A stretch of DNA of 43,318 nt from IMG/VR virus record IMGVR_UViG_3300025470_000036, positions 1 through 43,318 of that record; one strand, 5' to 3'. Made by a program: the position numbers and the translations under genes. Under the pieces are notes generated by a model. It did not search any database and was not told the DNA's origin. It worked only from the letters and a program-made list of their open reading frames with translations. Every line of letters starts with the position of its first letter. Position 1 is the first letter of the stretch. Positions 13,073 to 23,501 of the stretch are shown here, piece after piece. The DNA is from a virus (taxonomy: Duplodnaviria; Caudoviricetes).

Positions 13073-15859
13073 ATGCCGCATCAAACACTCAAACTTATAC
13101 CTGGCGTTGACCAAAACAGGACACCAACCCTCAATGAGGCGGCAATATCTACGACAAACCTTGTCCGGTTTGTTCCTGATAAACAGGGTCAGATAGCTCT
13201 TATACAAAAGCTTGGCGGCTGGACAAAATATTTTAGCAATACAGTTGGCTCAATTGTTCGCGCATTATGGGCATGGGAAGACACAAACGCTAATACGTAT
13301 CTTGGTCTTGGCCAAGAAGGAACGGGTGTCGACGGTAATGGGCTGTCTGTTATATATAATGGATCTCGTGCTGTTATAACGCCGCGGACGGATACTTTTA
13401 ATTACTTACTCCCGACCGCGTCTCCCATCGTGATACCAGTAATTTCTGCATCTGAAAGTTCAGGTATTGCAACAATTGTGTTTGACGGAGATTATATTTT
13501 TCACACTGGAGAGACCGTTACATTAAGTGGGTTTACGCCTGGTGCCTATAACGGAACTCAAACAATCCTTGCGACACCTGCCCCCACAAGAAGTAGTTTT
13601 TGCTTCAATATTACGTCAGGGACAGGAAATGCCACAGTTGTTGGAACTCTTTCGTATTCATCACAAAATGGGATCATAACGCGGGCCGGAGATAGTTCTG
13701 TAGACGTCAATGCTTACGGGTCAAATGTTACAAACTATGATACGGTTTACATAAAAACACAAATAGCGGTAGACGGGTTAGTTTTATTTGGAACATATAA
13801 TTGCACATTTTTAAGTGGAGATCAGTTTAGAATTACGTCAATAGACGCAACAGGCTCTCCTCTTCCCGCCACGTCGACTGTTGTATCTCCTGGCGGTGGC
13901 GCTGTTCCGACATACACACTGACGAACACACAGTCTCAAATTATTGTTACGCTTGCAAATCACGGGTATCTTGTCGGGGACACGTTTCCGGCAGTTGTTT
14001 CAACAATAGCCGGCGGTGTTACAATATACGGCAACTACAATGTAGCCTCTGTAGTATCGACGTCTCAATTTACTATTATTGCCGGATACACCGCGTCAAC
14101 CGCGCCAACTATTACTGCCACCTGGTCAGGAGGCGTCGCAAGAGTTGTCTATAGCGGTGATTATGTATTTAATCTTGGAGACACCGTCGTTGTTTCCGGC
14201 GTGTCTCCCTCTGGCTATAATACAGCGTCTACAGGATCTACTGTTGTTGATGCGGCTGATCAGGTTCTTGTTACAAACGCTGTTTGGAGTTCAGGGACGG
14301 CAACGCTTACGTTTAGTGGCGACAGAACATTTCAGGTTGGCGAAACAATATACGTCGCGAGCGTGTCCCCTAGCGGATACAATGGAACTTATACTGTAAC
14401 AGCAAAAACAGACACGACTGTTTCTTATGCCCTAGCAAGCAACCCTGGAACATTCGTATCAATTGGCCTTATTCGCGGGTATGTGGCTTACGCGGTCGCC
14501 GTAAACCCTGGGGCATATACCGCAGACGGAACGGTATTCAGTCTTGTAGCCAGAATGAATGGCGGCGAGGCTAAATACGAATTTTATAGAACACCTGCTC
14601 CTCTTCCTCTTGGCGTGGGATACGGCATTGGCGGATATGGGGCCGGCGGTTACGGGACTGGCGTTATTCCGCCCGCCACAGTTCAGGGAACTCCAATTAC
14701 AACAATTGATTGGACCTTGGATAATTGGGGGTCCATATTTATGGCATGCCCAATAAATGGTGAAATATATACTTGGGCCCCCGGAACTGGGGCGGTTGTT
14801 GCCTCTGTTATTTCTGGAGCTCCAACGGTAAACGATGGAATGTTTGTCGCGATGCCTCAAAGGCAAGTTGTCGCGTGGGGGTCTACGTATAGCGGCATTC
14901 AAGATCCCCTACTTGTCCGCTGGAGCGATGTTAATGATTACACGCAGTGGATTTCGTCAATAACCAACCAGGCTGGATCTTATCGCATTCCAAGAGGCTC
15001 TAAAATAGTCGGAGCTATTCAGGGCCCGCAGCAAGGATTGCTATGGACTGACATAGCTCTTTGGGCGATGCAATACGTTGGGCCTCCGTATGTATATCAA
15101 TTTAACGAGATTGGCACGGGCTGCGGCATGATTGCACGCAAAGGCGCGGCGTCAATGAATGGTGTTGTTTACTGGATGGGTCAAAGCCAATTTTTTAAAT
15201 TGTCTGGGTCCGGTGTTGAGATAATTAAATGTCCGGTTTGGGACGTTATTTTTCAGGATCTTGACCGCAACTATTTATACAAAATACGAGCCGCCGCTAA
15301 TTCGAGATTTGGAGAGATTGCGTGGTATTACCCAACAACAAATAGTAACGGCGAGATAACAAAGTATGTAAAATATAACGTCTATCTTGACCAATGGGAT
15401 TTTGGGACGCTGACAAGAACTGCCTGGATTAATGAAAGCGTCCTTGGCGCACCAATAGGTGCCGGCATATCATCAGGAAGCAATTATGTTTATCAGCACG
15501 AAACATCTCCTGATGCTGATGGCCTTCCAATGGCGTCAACCTTCCAGACTGGCTATTTCGCCATGCAAGAAGGCGAGATGAAAGTATTTGTAGACCAGGT
15601 GTGGCCGGACATGAAATGGGGATACTACGGCGGCGATCAAACCGCTCACGTTCTCATGACTTTCTATGTCGCCGATTATCCTACAGACACCCCTCGCGTA
15701 TATGGACCGTATACGCTGACAAACACGACGCAATACATAACTCCACGCTTCCGCGGCAGGTTGATGGCAATTAATTTGCAGAGCTCGCCAACTGAAGTAG
15801 GAACTTTCTGGCGTATTGGTGGTATACGTTATCGCGTTGAACAAGACGGAAAGTTCTAA
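13073..15859 (+). CDS. tail nozzle / stabilisation protein (P22 gp10 / T7 gp12-like) with inserted repeated beta-domains
   Basis: 928 aa; KLGGW; GYG.GGYG; W.LDNWG; DPLLVRWSD; VYWMG; RFGEIAWYYP; PRFRGR; repeated G.TV..SG..P.GYNG inserts. Confidence 0.7.
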   Translation: MPHQTLKLIPGVDQNRTPTLNEAAISTTNLVRFVPDKQGQIALIQKLGGWTKYFSNTVGSIVRALWAWEDTNANTYLGLGQEGTGVDGNGLSVIYNGSRAVITPRTDTFNYLLPTASPIVIPVISASESSGIATIVFDGDYIFHTGETVTLSGFTPGAYNGTQTILATPAPTRSSFCFNITSGTGNATVVGTLSYSSQNGIITRAGDSSVDVNAYGSNVTNYDTVYIKTQIAVDGLVLFGTYNCTFLSGDQFRITSIDATGSPLPATSTVVSPGGGAVPTYTLTNTQSQIIVTLANHGYLVGDTFPAVVSTIAGGVTIYGNYNVASVVSTSQFTIIAGYTASTAPTITATWSGGVARVVYSGDYVFNLGDTVVVSGVSPSGYNTASTGSTVVDAADQVLVTNAVWSSGTATLTFSGDRTFQVGETIYVASVSPSGYNGTYTVTAKTDTTVSYALASNPGTFVSIGLIRGYVAYAVAVNPGAYTADGTVFSLVARMNGGEAKYEFYRTPAPLPLGVGYGIGGYGAGGYGTGVIPPATVQGTPITTIDWTLDNWGSIFMACPINGEIYTWAPGTGAVVASVISGAPTVNDGMFVAMPQRQVVAWGSTYSGIQDPLLVRWSDVNDYTQWISSITNQAGSYRIPRGSKIVGAIQGPQQGLLWTDIALWAMQYVGPPYVYQFNEIGTGCGMIARKGAASMNGVVYWMGQSQFFKLSGSGVEIIKCPVWDVIFQDLDRNYLYKIRAAANSRFGEIAWYYPTTNSNGEITKYVKYNVYLDQWDFGTLTRTAWINESVLGAPIGAGISSGSNYVYQHETSPDADGLPMASTFQTGYFAMQEGEMKVFVDQVWPDMKWGYYGGDQTAHVLMTFYVADYPTDTPRVYGPYTLTNTTQYITPRFRGRLMAINLQSSPTEVGTFWRIGGIRYRVEQDGKF

Positions 15860-16452
15860 TGGCTACGCTTGACGATATCCTCACAACACAAAAAAACGGC
15901 GTCGTTGCGATTAATAATCTTAATCAGACAATGCAGGCAATTGATAAATTGTATGGATATCTAAATGGTCAATATACATCTCTCGGCTACTCAACATCTG
16001 GCGTTATAACGAATAAACCTGGACGCCTTGTTAGCGTAAATACAGTTGTTGCCGGAACGGCAAGCAGCACATTTTTTAATTATATTACCTACGCCACGAC
16101 TGCAACGGCAGGAACCGGCGGCGCTGGTGGCGTTGCGACAATAACGTATAATGGGGCAAGCTTATTTAGCGTTGGCGACAGCGTGTATGTTGCTGGCGTT
16201 GTTCCTTCTGGATATAACGGTCTTTTTACAGTTACCGGCACACCAACCAGCAATCAAATAACATATGCGCTCCCAAGCGTTACTGGGTCTCAAACTGTTC
16301 CCGGAACGGTTTTCAATGTCAGCACTGCAAATAAAATTGCGGCATCTTCCACGACTATTGGAACGCTACAAGTTGGTTCTCAATTTTCTAATGGAATTTA
16401 TGTATCTATCGGCACTGGTCAAACTGTTGCTGTTAACTACTCACTGGACTGA
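15859..16452 (+). CDS. virion protein carrying the same GDSVYVAGVVPSGYNG domain
   Basis: shares the repeat domain with the upstream nozzle protein; coupled start. Confidence 0.55.
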   Translation: MATLDDILTTQKNGVVAINNLNQTMQAIDKLYGYLNGQYTSLGYSTSGVITNKPGRLVSVNTVVAGTASSTFFNYITYATTATAGTGGAGGVATITYNGASLFSVGDSVYVAGVVPSGYNGLFTVTGTPTSNQITYALPSVTGSQTVPGTVFNVSTANKIAASSTTIGTLQVGSQFSNGIYVSIGTGQTVAVNYSLD

Positions 16453-16460
16453 GGTAAGTC

Positions 16461-16967
16461 ATGCCGCTCAAGCACGGAAAATCTCAGGAAACAATATCTA
16501 GCAATATATCTGAAATGGTCCGCGCTGGGCACCCTCAGAAACAGGCAGTTGCCGCTGCTTTTAATCAAGCACGACAAAAGCGCGCTATGGGCGGAGAAAT
16601 ATCAAACAAAATTCACGTCGGCCCCATACACAGCCCGGTTGCAGGCCGCACGGATCATTTGCCAGTAAATGTTCACTCTGGGTCTTACGTTATTCCTGCG
16701 GACATTATCTCTGCAATGGGCGAGGGGAACACAATGGCGGGATTTCGTATCGCCAATGATGTGTTTGGGATGCAGCATGTTGGCGAAGAGCCGCCAGTAG
16801 AAGTTATCGTGGCAGGGGGCGAGTATGTTATTACGCCTTTTAATGTCTCTCGTATTGGCGGTGGGGATATTGATAGAGGCCACCACACACTTGATGACTT
16901 CGTTACAGACTACCGCGCAAAAACTGTTCAGACACTGAAAAAACTTCCAGGGCCAAAACGCGACTAA
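16461..16967 (+). CDS. putative internal virion protein
   Basis: MPLK.GKS..TIS.NI.E.....PQKQAVA N-terminus; RAMGG motif; two (S/E)YVI copies ([16 protein letters not shown]). Confidence 0.5.
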   Translation: MPLKHGKSQETISSNISEMVRAGHPQKQAVAAAFNQARQKRAMGGEISNKIHVGPIHSPVAGRTDHLPVNVHSGSYVIPADIISAMGEGNTMAGFRIANDVFGMQHVGEEPPVEVIVAGGEYVITPFNVSRIGGGDIDRGHHTLDDFVTDYRAKTVQTLKKLPGPKRD

Positions 16968-16976
16968 GGGGGAACG

Positions 16977-17492
16977 ATGCCGCGAAAACCTATAGAAGAG
17001 GTAAAGATAAGAGTTGGCGTGCCGCAAGATGTCGACGGCGTCATGGAATTGGCGCTTATGGTGTGCAAGGAAAACGGAATTTTTAAGCCAAATGTCGATA
17101 AGATTTTGTGGGATATTTGGATGTCTTTGCACCAGGACCACGGCCTGGTTGGTGTCATCGGAACCCCTGGCGAGATGGTCGAAGGCTTCGTTTTGTTACG
17201 CGTAGGAACAATGTGGTATTCTGACGCGCCAATAATTGAGGAAAAAACCGTATTTGTTCACCCAAAGCATAGGGGCGCAAGCGGTGGCCGGGCGAGAAAA
17301 CTTTGCGAGTTCAGCAAGCAAGTGGCAGACGAACTTGGTATGCCGCTCATTATTGGTGTATTATCTACCCACAGAACCGAAAGCAAGGTCAAGCTTTATG
17401 AGAGAGTGTTTGGCGCTCCTGCCGGTGCTTTCTTCCTATACGGCGTAAAAACTGGTGGCTGGCAAGAGCCAGCTGTCGAAGTCAGGCAATAA
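16977..17492 (+). CDS. GNAT-fold protein ahead of the ejection genes
   Basis: FVHPKHRG acetyl-CoA-binding-like motif; position typical of podovirus internal-core genes. Confidence 0.6.
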   Translation: MPRKPIEEVKIRVGVPQDVDGVMELALMVCKENGIFKPNVDKILWDIWMSLHQDHGLVGVIGTPGEMVEGFVLLRVGTMWYSDAPIIEEKTVFVHPKHRGASGGRARKLCEFSKQVADELGMPLIIGVLSTHRTESKVKLYERVFGAPAGAFFLYGVKTGGWQEPAVEVRQ

Positions 17493-17504
17493 CGGAGAGA
17501 GTGC

Positions 17505-20500
17505 ATGTGCGGGAAAGGATCACAAAGCGGCGGAGGGACAGGTGCCCTTGGCTGGGGTGGATTGGCTCCCGCACAACAAGCAACGACACAGGCGTCTCCT
17601 CAGGCTCTTGGCTGGTATAATCAGGCAATGGGCATGGCGCAAAATGATGTTGCTCAGCCCTACCAGCAATTTGGCACTACACCAGAGCAATTTGTCGCAC
17701 AGTTAAATCCTACCCAGACCGGCGCTATTCAAAATATTACAAATACGCAAGGCATGGCGCAGCCGTATTACAATATGGCCACTGGCGCGACAATGAACGC
17801 CTTGAACCCTGCCTACAATACAGTTGGGAACTACATGAACCCTTACATGAACCAGGTTGTTAGCCCGGTTCAGCAGGCAGTTCAACAGCAGCAAGGTCAG
17901 CAGTTAGCTCAGCAACAGGCAGACGCCATTAGAGGCGGCGCTTTTGGCGGAGAACGCGCAGGTCTTCAGCGTGCGACGCTTATGGGTCAGCAGAACCTTG
18001 GACTTGGTCAAGCACTAAGCCCGCTGTATCAAACTGGATACGGACAGGCGCTTCAGGCGGCTCAGAACCAGCAGCAATACGGTCTTCAAGGCGCACAGCA
18101 GTTGGGCAATCTTGGCACTGCCGCGCAGCAGGCGGCGCTTGGTCAAGCTCAAGCACAATTGGGGGCAGGCACTCTTGGCCAGCAAACGCAGCAAGCTGGC
18201 ATCAACGCCCTATACAATCAGTTTCAGCAGCAGCAAATGTTCCCATACATGCAGGCGCAGTTCTTTGGCGGACTTGCCGGCGGACTTGGCCCTCTCACTG
18301 GTCAACAGACGTATCAAGCTCAAGCTCAAAATCCATTTGGCATGTTCCTGGCTCGTGGCGGTCGCGCCAAAGGCAAGGAGCGTATGGGCGGCGCTGTAAT
18401 CGATCTAACGCCAGGTAAAGATTATTACCGCGGCGGAGTTGTTGGTCGTAAGGGATACAATCTCACTGGTGCCGTAGACACGGATCCTGCCGCGTTAGCC
18501 CAAGAACAAGCCAAAATGTATGAGGAAATGGACAAGGCTGAGAAGGCTCAAACGATGCCTACCGGACAGATCCAAGGGTCTCATGGGTTAACGCCAGGCG
18601 GCCTTGGTGGTGGGAGCGGCGCTAAGCAAGGGACGTCTTTGTCTGGGTTGCTGGGGCTTGCCAATCAGGCGGTTGACCTTGGTAAAGACATAGGTCTTGG
18701 AAGCTTGTTCAGTAAAGCAGGTGGCGCTTCAACTGCTGCTGACGCAGGGATGAGGGGCACTGTTGGCGCTGCAGGCGACATGATCGTTCCGACTTTTGGT
18801 AAGGCCGCCGAAGGTGCTGGAGCTGCAGCTAATACAGGTTTTCTTGGGGGTCTTAGTGAGCTTGGCTCTTCTATTATGAGCGGCCTTGGATCAATCGGGT
18901 CTTTCTTGGGTCCTGCTGCTGCTTTTTTCGCAAAAGACGGCGGTCGTGTCGGCTATTACGATGGCGGTGTAGTCAACCGTCGTGGGTATGAAGGCGAAGG
19001 CTTTGTTAAGCCGTCAGACGACTTCGAGCGAAATGTAGAGCAGACCTTTAAGTTTGAGGGCGGACTGAACCCAAGCGACACAAACAGAACGCCGTCTATG
19101 TATGGCATCAATCAAGCCGCGCATCCGGGCATTGACGTTAAAAACCTTACGCGCGACCAGGCCAAAGACATCTACCGCAAGGAATACTGGCAAGGCATTA
19201 ATGCTGACCAACTCCCTGAAGGAGTTCGCGGCATGGCTTACGACACTGCAGTCATGGCGGGGCCTGGACGTGCGCGTCAATTCCTGAAGCAATCAGGAAA
19301 TGATCCTGAAAAGTTCATGGCGGCGCGCGAGGCGTTTCTTAATAATCTAGTTGCTAGCGATCCTGAAAAATACGGAAAATACGCAAAAGCTTGGGCAAAT
19401 AGAAATGAAACGCTACGCGGCGGTGTCGGAGACGCCCTTTCTAACTTACCGCCAAATGCAAGAAGCTATTACGCTCAGGCAAATCTTCCTGAAGAAGGAT
19501 CGACAGTAAATCTTTCAGGAGGTGTTAAGCCATCTGAAGAAGGATTTGGCCTTAACCGTCAAACAGTGGTGCCGTTGCTTTCAGGTCTTGGCGCTGCACT
19601 TGAGGGGATGGTTTCGTCTCCGACCACAAGCCTTGGTGGCGCAATGCTAAGAGGCGCGGGTGCGGGTCTTGGCGCTGGCGCTAAGTCTTACATGGATGTC
19701 GGCAAGCAGATCCCAGAGATTGAGAAGCTCAAGGCTGAAGTTCCAAAGCTCGCCGCTGAAACTAAAGAGCGCGAGAACCTCGCGGCACGCGCGGCGGCAG
19801 AGACGAAAGAAAAACTTGCCGGTCTTTACGAGAAGCAGTGGGCACCAAATGTTGGCTGGATGGTCTACGACAAGACGCAGCCATACAAGACGCCTGTTCA
19901 GATTTCTGACGCTGAGGGTAATCCAACGAAAAACGTCGACGTTAATAAAATACCAACACGCGGCGGTGGTGAAAGAATTGAAGATATTGGCAAGAAGTCT
20001 CTTCAAGAAAAGGTTCAAGGCAAAGAGCGTAAAGTGGGTGACGCCATTGACTGGCAGCCGACGCTTGCCGCGCCAAAAGATACAAAGATCCCTGGCGCTC
20101 TTAACATTGCAATGAGCGGAGATCTTCCTAAGCAGCAAGAAGCGGCTAAGAAAGAAGTAGAAGGACTTCGCACAACATCGAAGGCAGCATTTGATCAGCT
20201 ATTTCGTCTTGACGAAATGGACCATCAATTTGATCAACTGCCTAAGGAGGCAAACTTCTTAGAGCCAGGGCCCGCGTCTCAAGCAAGAACAGACCTTGCT
20301 AAGACTGCAAACGAAATAACGACAATGCTTGGCGGCCAACCTTTGTTTGATCCAAACAATGTTGCCGCGGCAGAAGCCTTGTCAAAAGACACCACGCGTC
20401 TTGGTTTTGATGTTGCCAAGTCTCTTGGGCACGAGCCAGGCTTTATTGTTCAAAGCGCAGTAAGAGCAAATCCTGGTATGGAAAACAGCCCGATTGCTTA

Positions 20501-20789
20501 TAAGCGTATTAGCGCGGGCTTACGTGAGGCTGCAAAGTATCAGCAAGACCGCTTAGCGTTTATGGAAGATTATGCGGCGCGCTTTGGCACACTTGCCGGA
20601 GCGGATACAACATTCAGAAAATTTAATACTCCAGAGAGATATGTTAATCGCGCCATCCTTGAAGCAATCGACAAGGACGACATGGGTTACTTGAAGTCTT
20701 TAACAAAAGACCAAGTAAAATCCAGTAAAGGCGAAATTGATAAAATGTATGGTAAAGGCGTCGCGGCGATCCTCCTTGGAGAAAAGTAA
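17505..20789 (+). CDS. internal virion (DNA ejection) protein with GH108 peptidoglycan hydrolase domain
   Basis: Q/G/A-rich N-terminus (YMNPY..QV, GAFGG.R, QQQMFP..Q); central FEGG...D....YGI...KNLT.DQA..IY...YW...D.LP.......D.AV..GPGRA. Confidence 0.75.
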   Translation: MCGKGSQSGGGTGALGWGGLAPAQQATTQASPQALGWYNQAMGMAQNDVAQPYQQFGTTPEQFVAQLNPTQTGAIQNITNTQGMAQPYYNMATGATMNALNPAYNTVGNYMNPYMNQVVSPVQQAVQQQQGQQLAQQQADAIRGGAFGGERAGLQRATLMGQQNLGLGQALSPLYQTGYGQALQAAQNQQQYGLQGAQQLGNLGTAAQQAALGQAQAQLGAGTLGQQTQQAGINALYNQFQQQQMFPYMQAQFFGGLAGGLGPLTGQQTYQAQAQNPFGMFLARGGRAKGKERMGGAVIDLTPGKDYYRGGVVGRKGYNLTGAVDTDPAALAQEQAKMYEEMDKAEKAQTMPTGQIQGSHGLTPGGLGGGSGAKQGTSLSGLLGLANQAVDLGKDIGLGSLFSKAGGASTAADAGMRGTVGAAGDMIVPTFGKAAEGAGAAANTGFLGGLSELGSSIMSGLGSIGSFLGPAAAFFAKDGGRVGYYDGGVVNRRGYEGEGFVKPSDDFERNVEQTFKFEGGLNPSDTNRTPSMYGINQAAHPGIDVKNLTRDQAKDIYRKEYWQGINADQLPEGVRGMAYDTAVMAGPGRARQFLKQSGNDPEKFMAAREAFLNNLVASDPEKYGKYAKAWANRNETLRGGVGDALSNLPPNARSYYAQANLPEEGSTVNLSGGVKPSEEGFGLNRQTVVPLLSGLGAALEGMVSSPTTSLGGAMLRGAGAGLGAGAKSYMDVGKQIPEIEKLKAEVPKLAAETKERENLAARAAAETKEKLAGLYEKQWAPNVGWMVYDKTQPYKTPVQISDAEGNPTKNVDVNKIPTRGGGERIEDIGKKSLQEKVQGKERKVGDAIDWQPTLAAPKDTKIPGALNIAMSGDLPKQQEAAKKEVEGLRTTSKAAFDQLFRLDEMDHQFDQLPKEANFLEPGPASQARTDLAKTANEITTMLGGQPLFDPNNVAAAEALSKDTTRLGFDVAKSLGHEPGFIVQSAVRANPGMENSPIAYKRISAGLREAAKYQQDRLAFMEDYAARFGTLAGADTTFRKFNTPERYVNRAILEAIDKDDMGYLKSLTKDQVKSSKGEIDKMYGKGVAAILLGEK

Positions 20790-23491
20790 TGGCAGAGGAA
20801 GAGAAGAAGGATTTCGTCTTTTCCCCGCCAAGCTTGCGGAGAAAGGAAGCGCCAACCCCCGCATTTGTTGAGGCAGAAAGAAGCGCGACCTCTACGCCTG
20901 AATTTAAGTTCAACCCGCCATCAGCGCGCAAGCCAACACCCCCAGGGTTTGGTGAAGATATCGGTAAAGGGTTTGTGTCTGGGGCAGCAAAAGGCGCAGT
21001 CGGCATCCCCGGCATGCCTGGGTCTTTGGCTCAGCTGTATGATATTGCCGGCGAGTATGGCACGCGCAAACTATCTGAGGGCGCTGAAGCTCTTGGCATG
21101 CTGCCACCAGGAAAAACCGCGGCTGGTTTTATGGAAGCGGGCAAAAAACTTGGCCAGGAGTTCTACAAACCGTCTGAGCGCGAGCTCGCCGGTGAAGTGA
21201 CAACGATCGGCGGCCTTCCCGTCCCGACAGCTCACGGCATGCAGCAAGCAGCAATTCGCGCCGGCATGCCTGAGTATCACCCGCAAACACTTCCGGGACG
21301 TGTCGCAGAAGCAACAGGCGAGCTTACTGGCGGCTCTTTGGCGGGACCTGGCGGCATTGGCACCAGACTGGCCGCAGGCGCATTGGGCGGCCTTGGCTCT
21401 GGCATTGCAGGCGAACTGACGCGCGGCACAAAGTATGAGATGCCTGCCCGCCTTCTTGGCACGCTTCCTGGCGCTGCAGGCGCGGCAGGAATTTCTAAAC
21501 TTCTTGAAGCACGGGCTGCGCCGGCTGTTGCGGAGCGCGCTAGTAAAATTGCGGGACAGGTTGCACGCGAAGCTTTTGCTGAGCCTGAAAAGGCGGCGTC
21601 GCGCCTAGAGACTGAGTTAACGCTACAAGGCCAGCCAGGTCGTTACGTCGAAGAAGTGCAGCCAACAACTGCGCAAGTCCTTGGCGGTGGTGAGGCAAAG
21701 GCGCTTGAGACCAGACTAGAAGGCATGGGCCGCAAGGAAGGCGAGGAGGATATTGCGCGACGCAAGGCGCAAGAGGCTCGCTCGCTTGAGGCGACAACTG
21801 CCGCGGCTCCTCGCGTTCCTGGTGAAGTCGGCACACACATTAAGCCAGTCGACATGGAGACCGCCGCCGGCCTTCCTCCGTCCTTAAACCCACAAGGCGA
21901 CGCGGCAATACAAGTTAAGAATGTTGTGTCTGCCCTGGAGAAGCAAAAAGCAGAAGCAGAGAAGACCGCGTGGGCGCATCCCGGACTTCAGTCTGCCGCG
22001 ATCTACAAAACAAAAACGATGAATGAGCTCGCCGACTTCATCAATTCAATGTCGCCATCAAAGCGTAAGGCTCTCGACGCTGACGCCATGTCTGTCGTTG
22101 AGGCTCTTAGCCAGACTGAAGGCAAAAACATTCCTCTCTTACACTTCCAGGATCTTCGCTCGCAAATACTTTCTGCGGCGCGCAGTGCTGGCGAGAAGGG
22201 TGATTATTTTACGCAACACGCGAATAACGAAGTGGCGGCAAAGCTTGCTGAAATGCTCAACAACGAGAAGAATATTCTCTTTGGTGACAAGACAGGTGCT
22301 CAGCGTAATGCGTGGAACACGGCTCGCGCCGCGACAAAAGATTACCACGACACATTTGGCCCAAAGTTCCTGTCTGAGCTTGTGGCTGATATGCAAGGCG
22401 GCGGCGAGCGTATCGCGGGTGAAGCTGTTTTTGATAAAATGTTTTCAGGACCAAATGCCGCGCAAAACTTGCGTATGGTCCGCGAGCTCCCTGGCGTTAA
22501 CATTGACGAGCCCACAACTAATTGGGTTATTGGCAAGCTCACGAAGAACGGAACGAACTTTAATGTGACGCCAAAAGACGTTCAGAAATTTATTTCTGAT
22601 CCTAAAATGGCGTCAGTGATTGACGAAATTCCTGGGTTGCGGGGAAGAGTGGAGAATATTGCGCAACGTGCGGGAGAAAGTGTCGAGGCAGCGCAAAAGC
22701 GTCAATTGACTGAAGCATTCCAGCGCGAGGCAGACAGTAATAATCCAAAGCGCTTGTCTAACTTTCTCGACAGAAATAAAGACAAGATAAAGGACATTGC
22801 CGCGGGCGATCATGACCTACAAAATTACATTGACGCCTTGCATCGTTCGTCAAAGGTTGTGTCTCAGCTTCCTCATGGCAATCTGACAAGCACGAAGACG
22901 TTAGACAAGCTTGCAAACAACAACATTATGTCGATCCTTTACGGCAGGGCTACTGGCGCAATACCTGACGTGGCCGCCGCGGCTCTTCTTGGTCACATAG
23001 CTGAGGGCGTGTCTACCGCGGCAAGCGGTGCGCCATTTGGCGCTGCCGCGGCTCGGTTTCTGGGCGTCGGCAAAGGTCTTACCGCGCCAATTGTTTCTGG
23101 CATGAACTCATTCCTGTATGGGACGACAAAAGACGCCGCAATGAAGCTTCTGCAAGAGGCGATGCATGACCCTAAGCTAATGGCTCAGCTAATGCGCAAG
23201 CCGTCACCTGAGGCGTTCTCTTCTTTGTCTGGCGCAATTGCTAAGGTGGCAGAAGAGACAGGCAAGACAATTCCGCAGGTTGGCTATCCAGCCGCTATTG
23301 AGCAAGCCGGTCAGCCCCCTCGCTTACAGAGAAAAGCTGGCGGACGTATTCCCGGAGAAATGACGGCGGACATGCTAATGAAAGCAGTCGACCGGTCTAG
23401 AAAGCGCATAAACGACGGCACGAAGCAGATATTAAACGCGCCTGACGAGCACGTCGTTAAGGCTTTAGAAGTAGCAAACAGACACATCTGA
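20789..23491 (+). CDS. internal virion (ejection) protein
   Basis: 900 aa helical A/G/E-rich protein with GxxxG hydrophobic stretches; C-terminal RKAGGRI...LN.PDE.V..AL.VA. Confidence 0.6.
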   Translation: MAEEEKKDFVFSPPSLRRKEAPTPAFVEAERSATSTPEFKFNPPSARKPTPPGFGEDIGKGFVSGAAKGAVGIPGMPGSLAQLYDIAGEYGTRKLSEGAEALGMLPPGKTAAGFMEAGKKLGQEFYKPSERELAGEVTTIGGLPVPTAHGMQQAAIRAGMPEYHPQTLPGRVAEATGELTGGSLAGPGGIGTRLAAGALGGLGSGIAGELTRGTKYEMPARLLGTLPGAAGAAGISKLLEARAAPAVAERASKIAGQVAREAFAEPEKAASRLETELTLQGQPGRYVEEVQPTTAQVLGGGEAKALETRLEGMGRKEGEEDIARRKAQEARSLEATTAAAPRVPGEVGTHIKPVDMETAAGLPPSLNPQGDAAIQVKNVVSALEKQKAEAEKTAWAHPGLQSAAIYKTKTMNELADFINSMSPSKRKALDADAMSVVEALSQTEGKNIPLLHFQDLRSQILSAARSAGEKGDYFTQHANNEVAAKLAEMLNNEKNILFGDKTGAQRNAWNTARAATKDYHDTFGPKFLSELVADMQGGGERIAGEAVFDKMFSGPNAAQNLRMVRELPGVNIDEPTTNWVIGKLTKNGTNFNVTPKDVQKFISDPKMASVIDEIPGLRGRVENIAQRAGESVEAAQKRQLTEAFQREADSNNPKRLSNFLDRNKDKIKDIAAGDHDLQNYIDALHRSSKVVSQLPHGNLTSTKTLDKLANNNIMSILYGRATGAIPDVAAAALLGHIAEGVSTAASGAPFGAAAARFLGVGKGLTAPIVSGMNSFLYGTTKDAAMKLLQEAMHDPKLMAQLMRKPSPEAFSSLSGAIAKVAEETGKTIPQVGYPAAIEQAGQPPRLQRKAGGRIPGEMTADMLMKAVDRSRKRINDGTKQILNAPDEHVVKALEVANRHI

Positions 23492-23501
23492 GGAATGCAA
23501 T

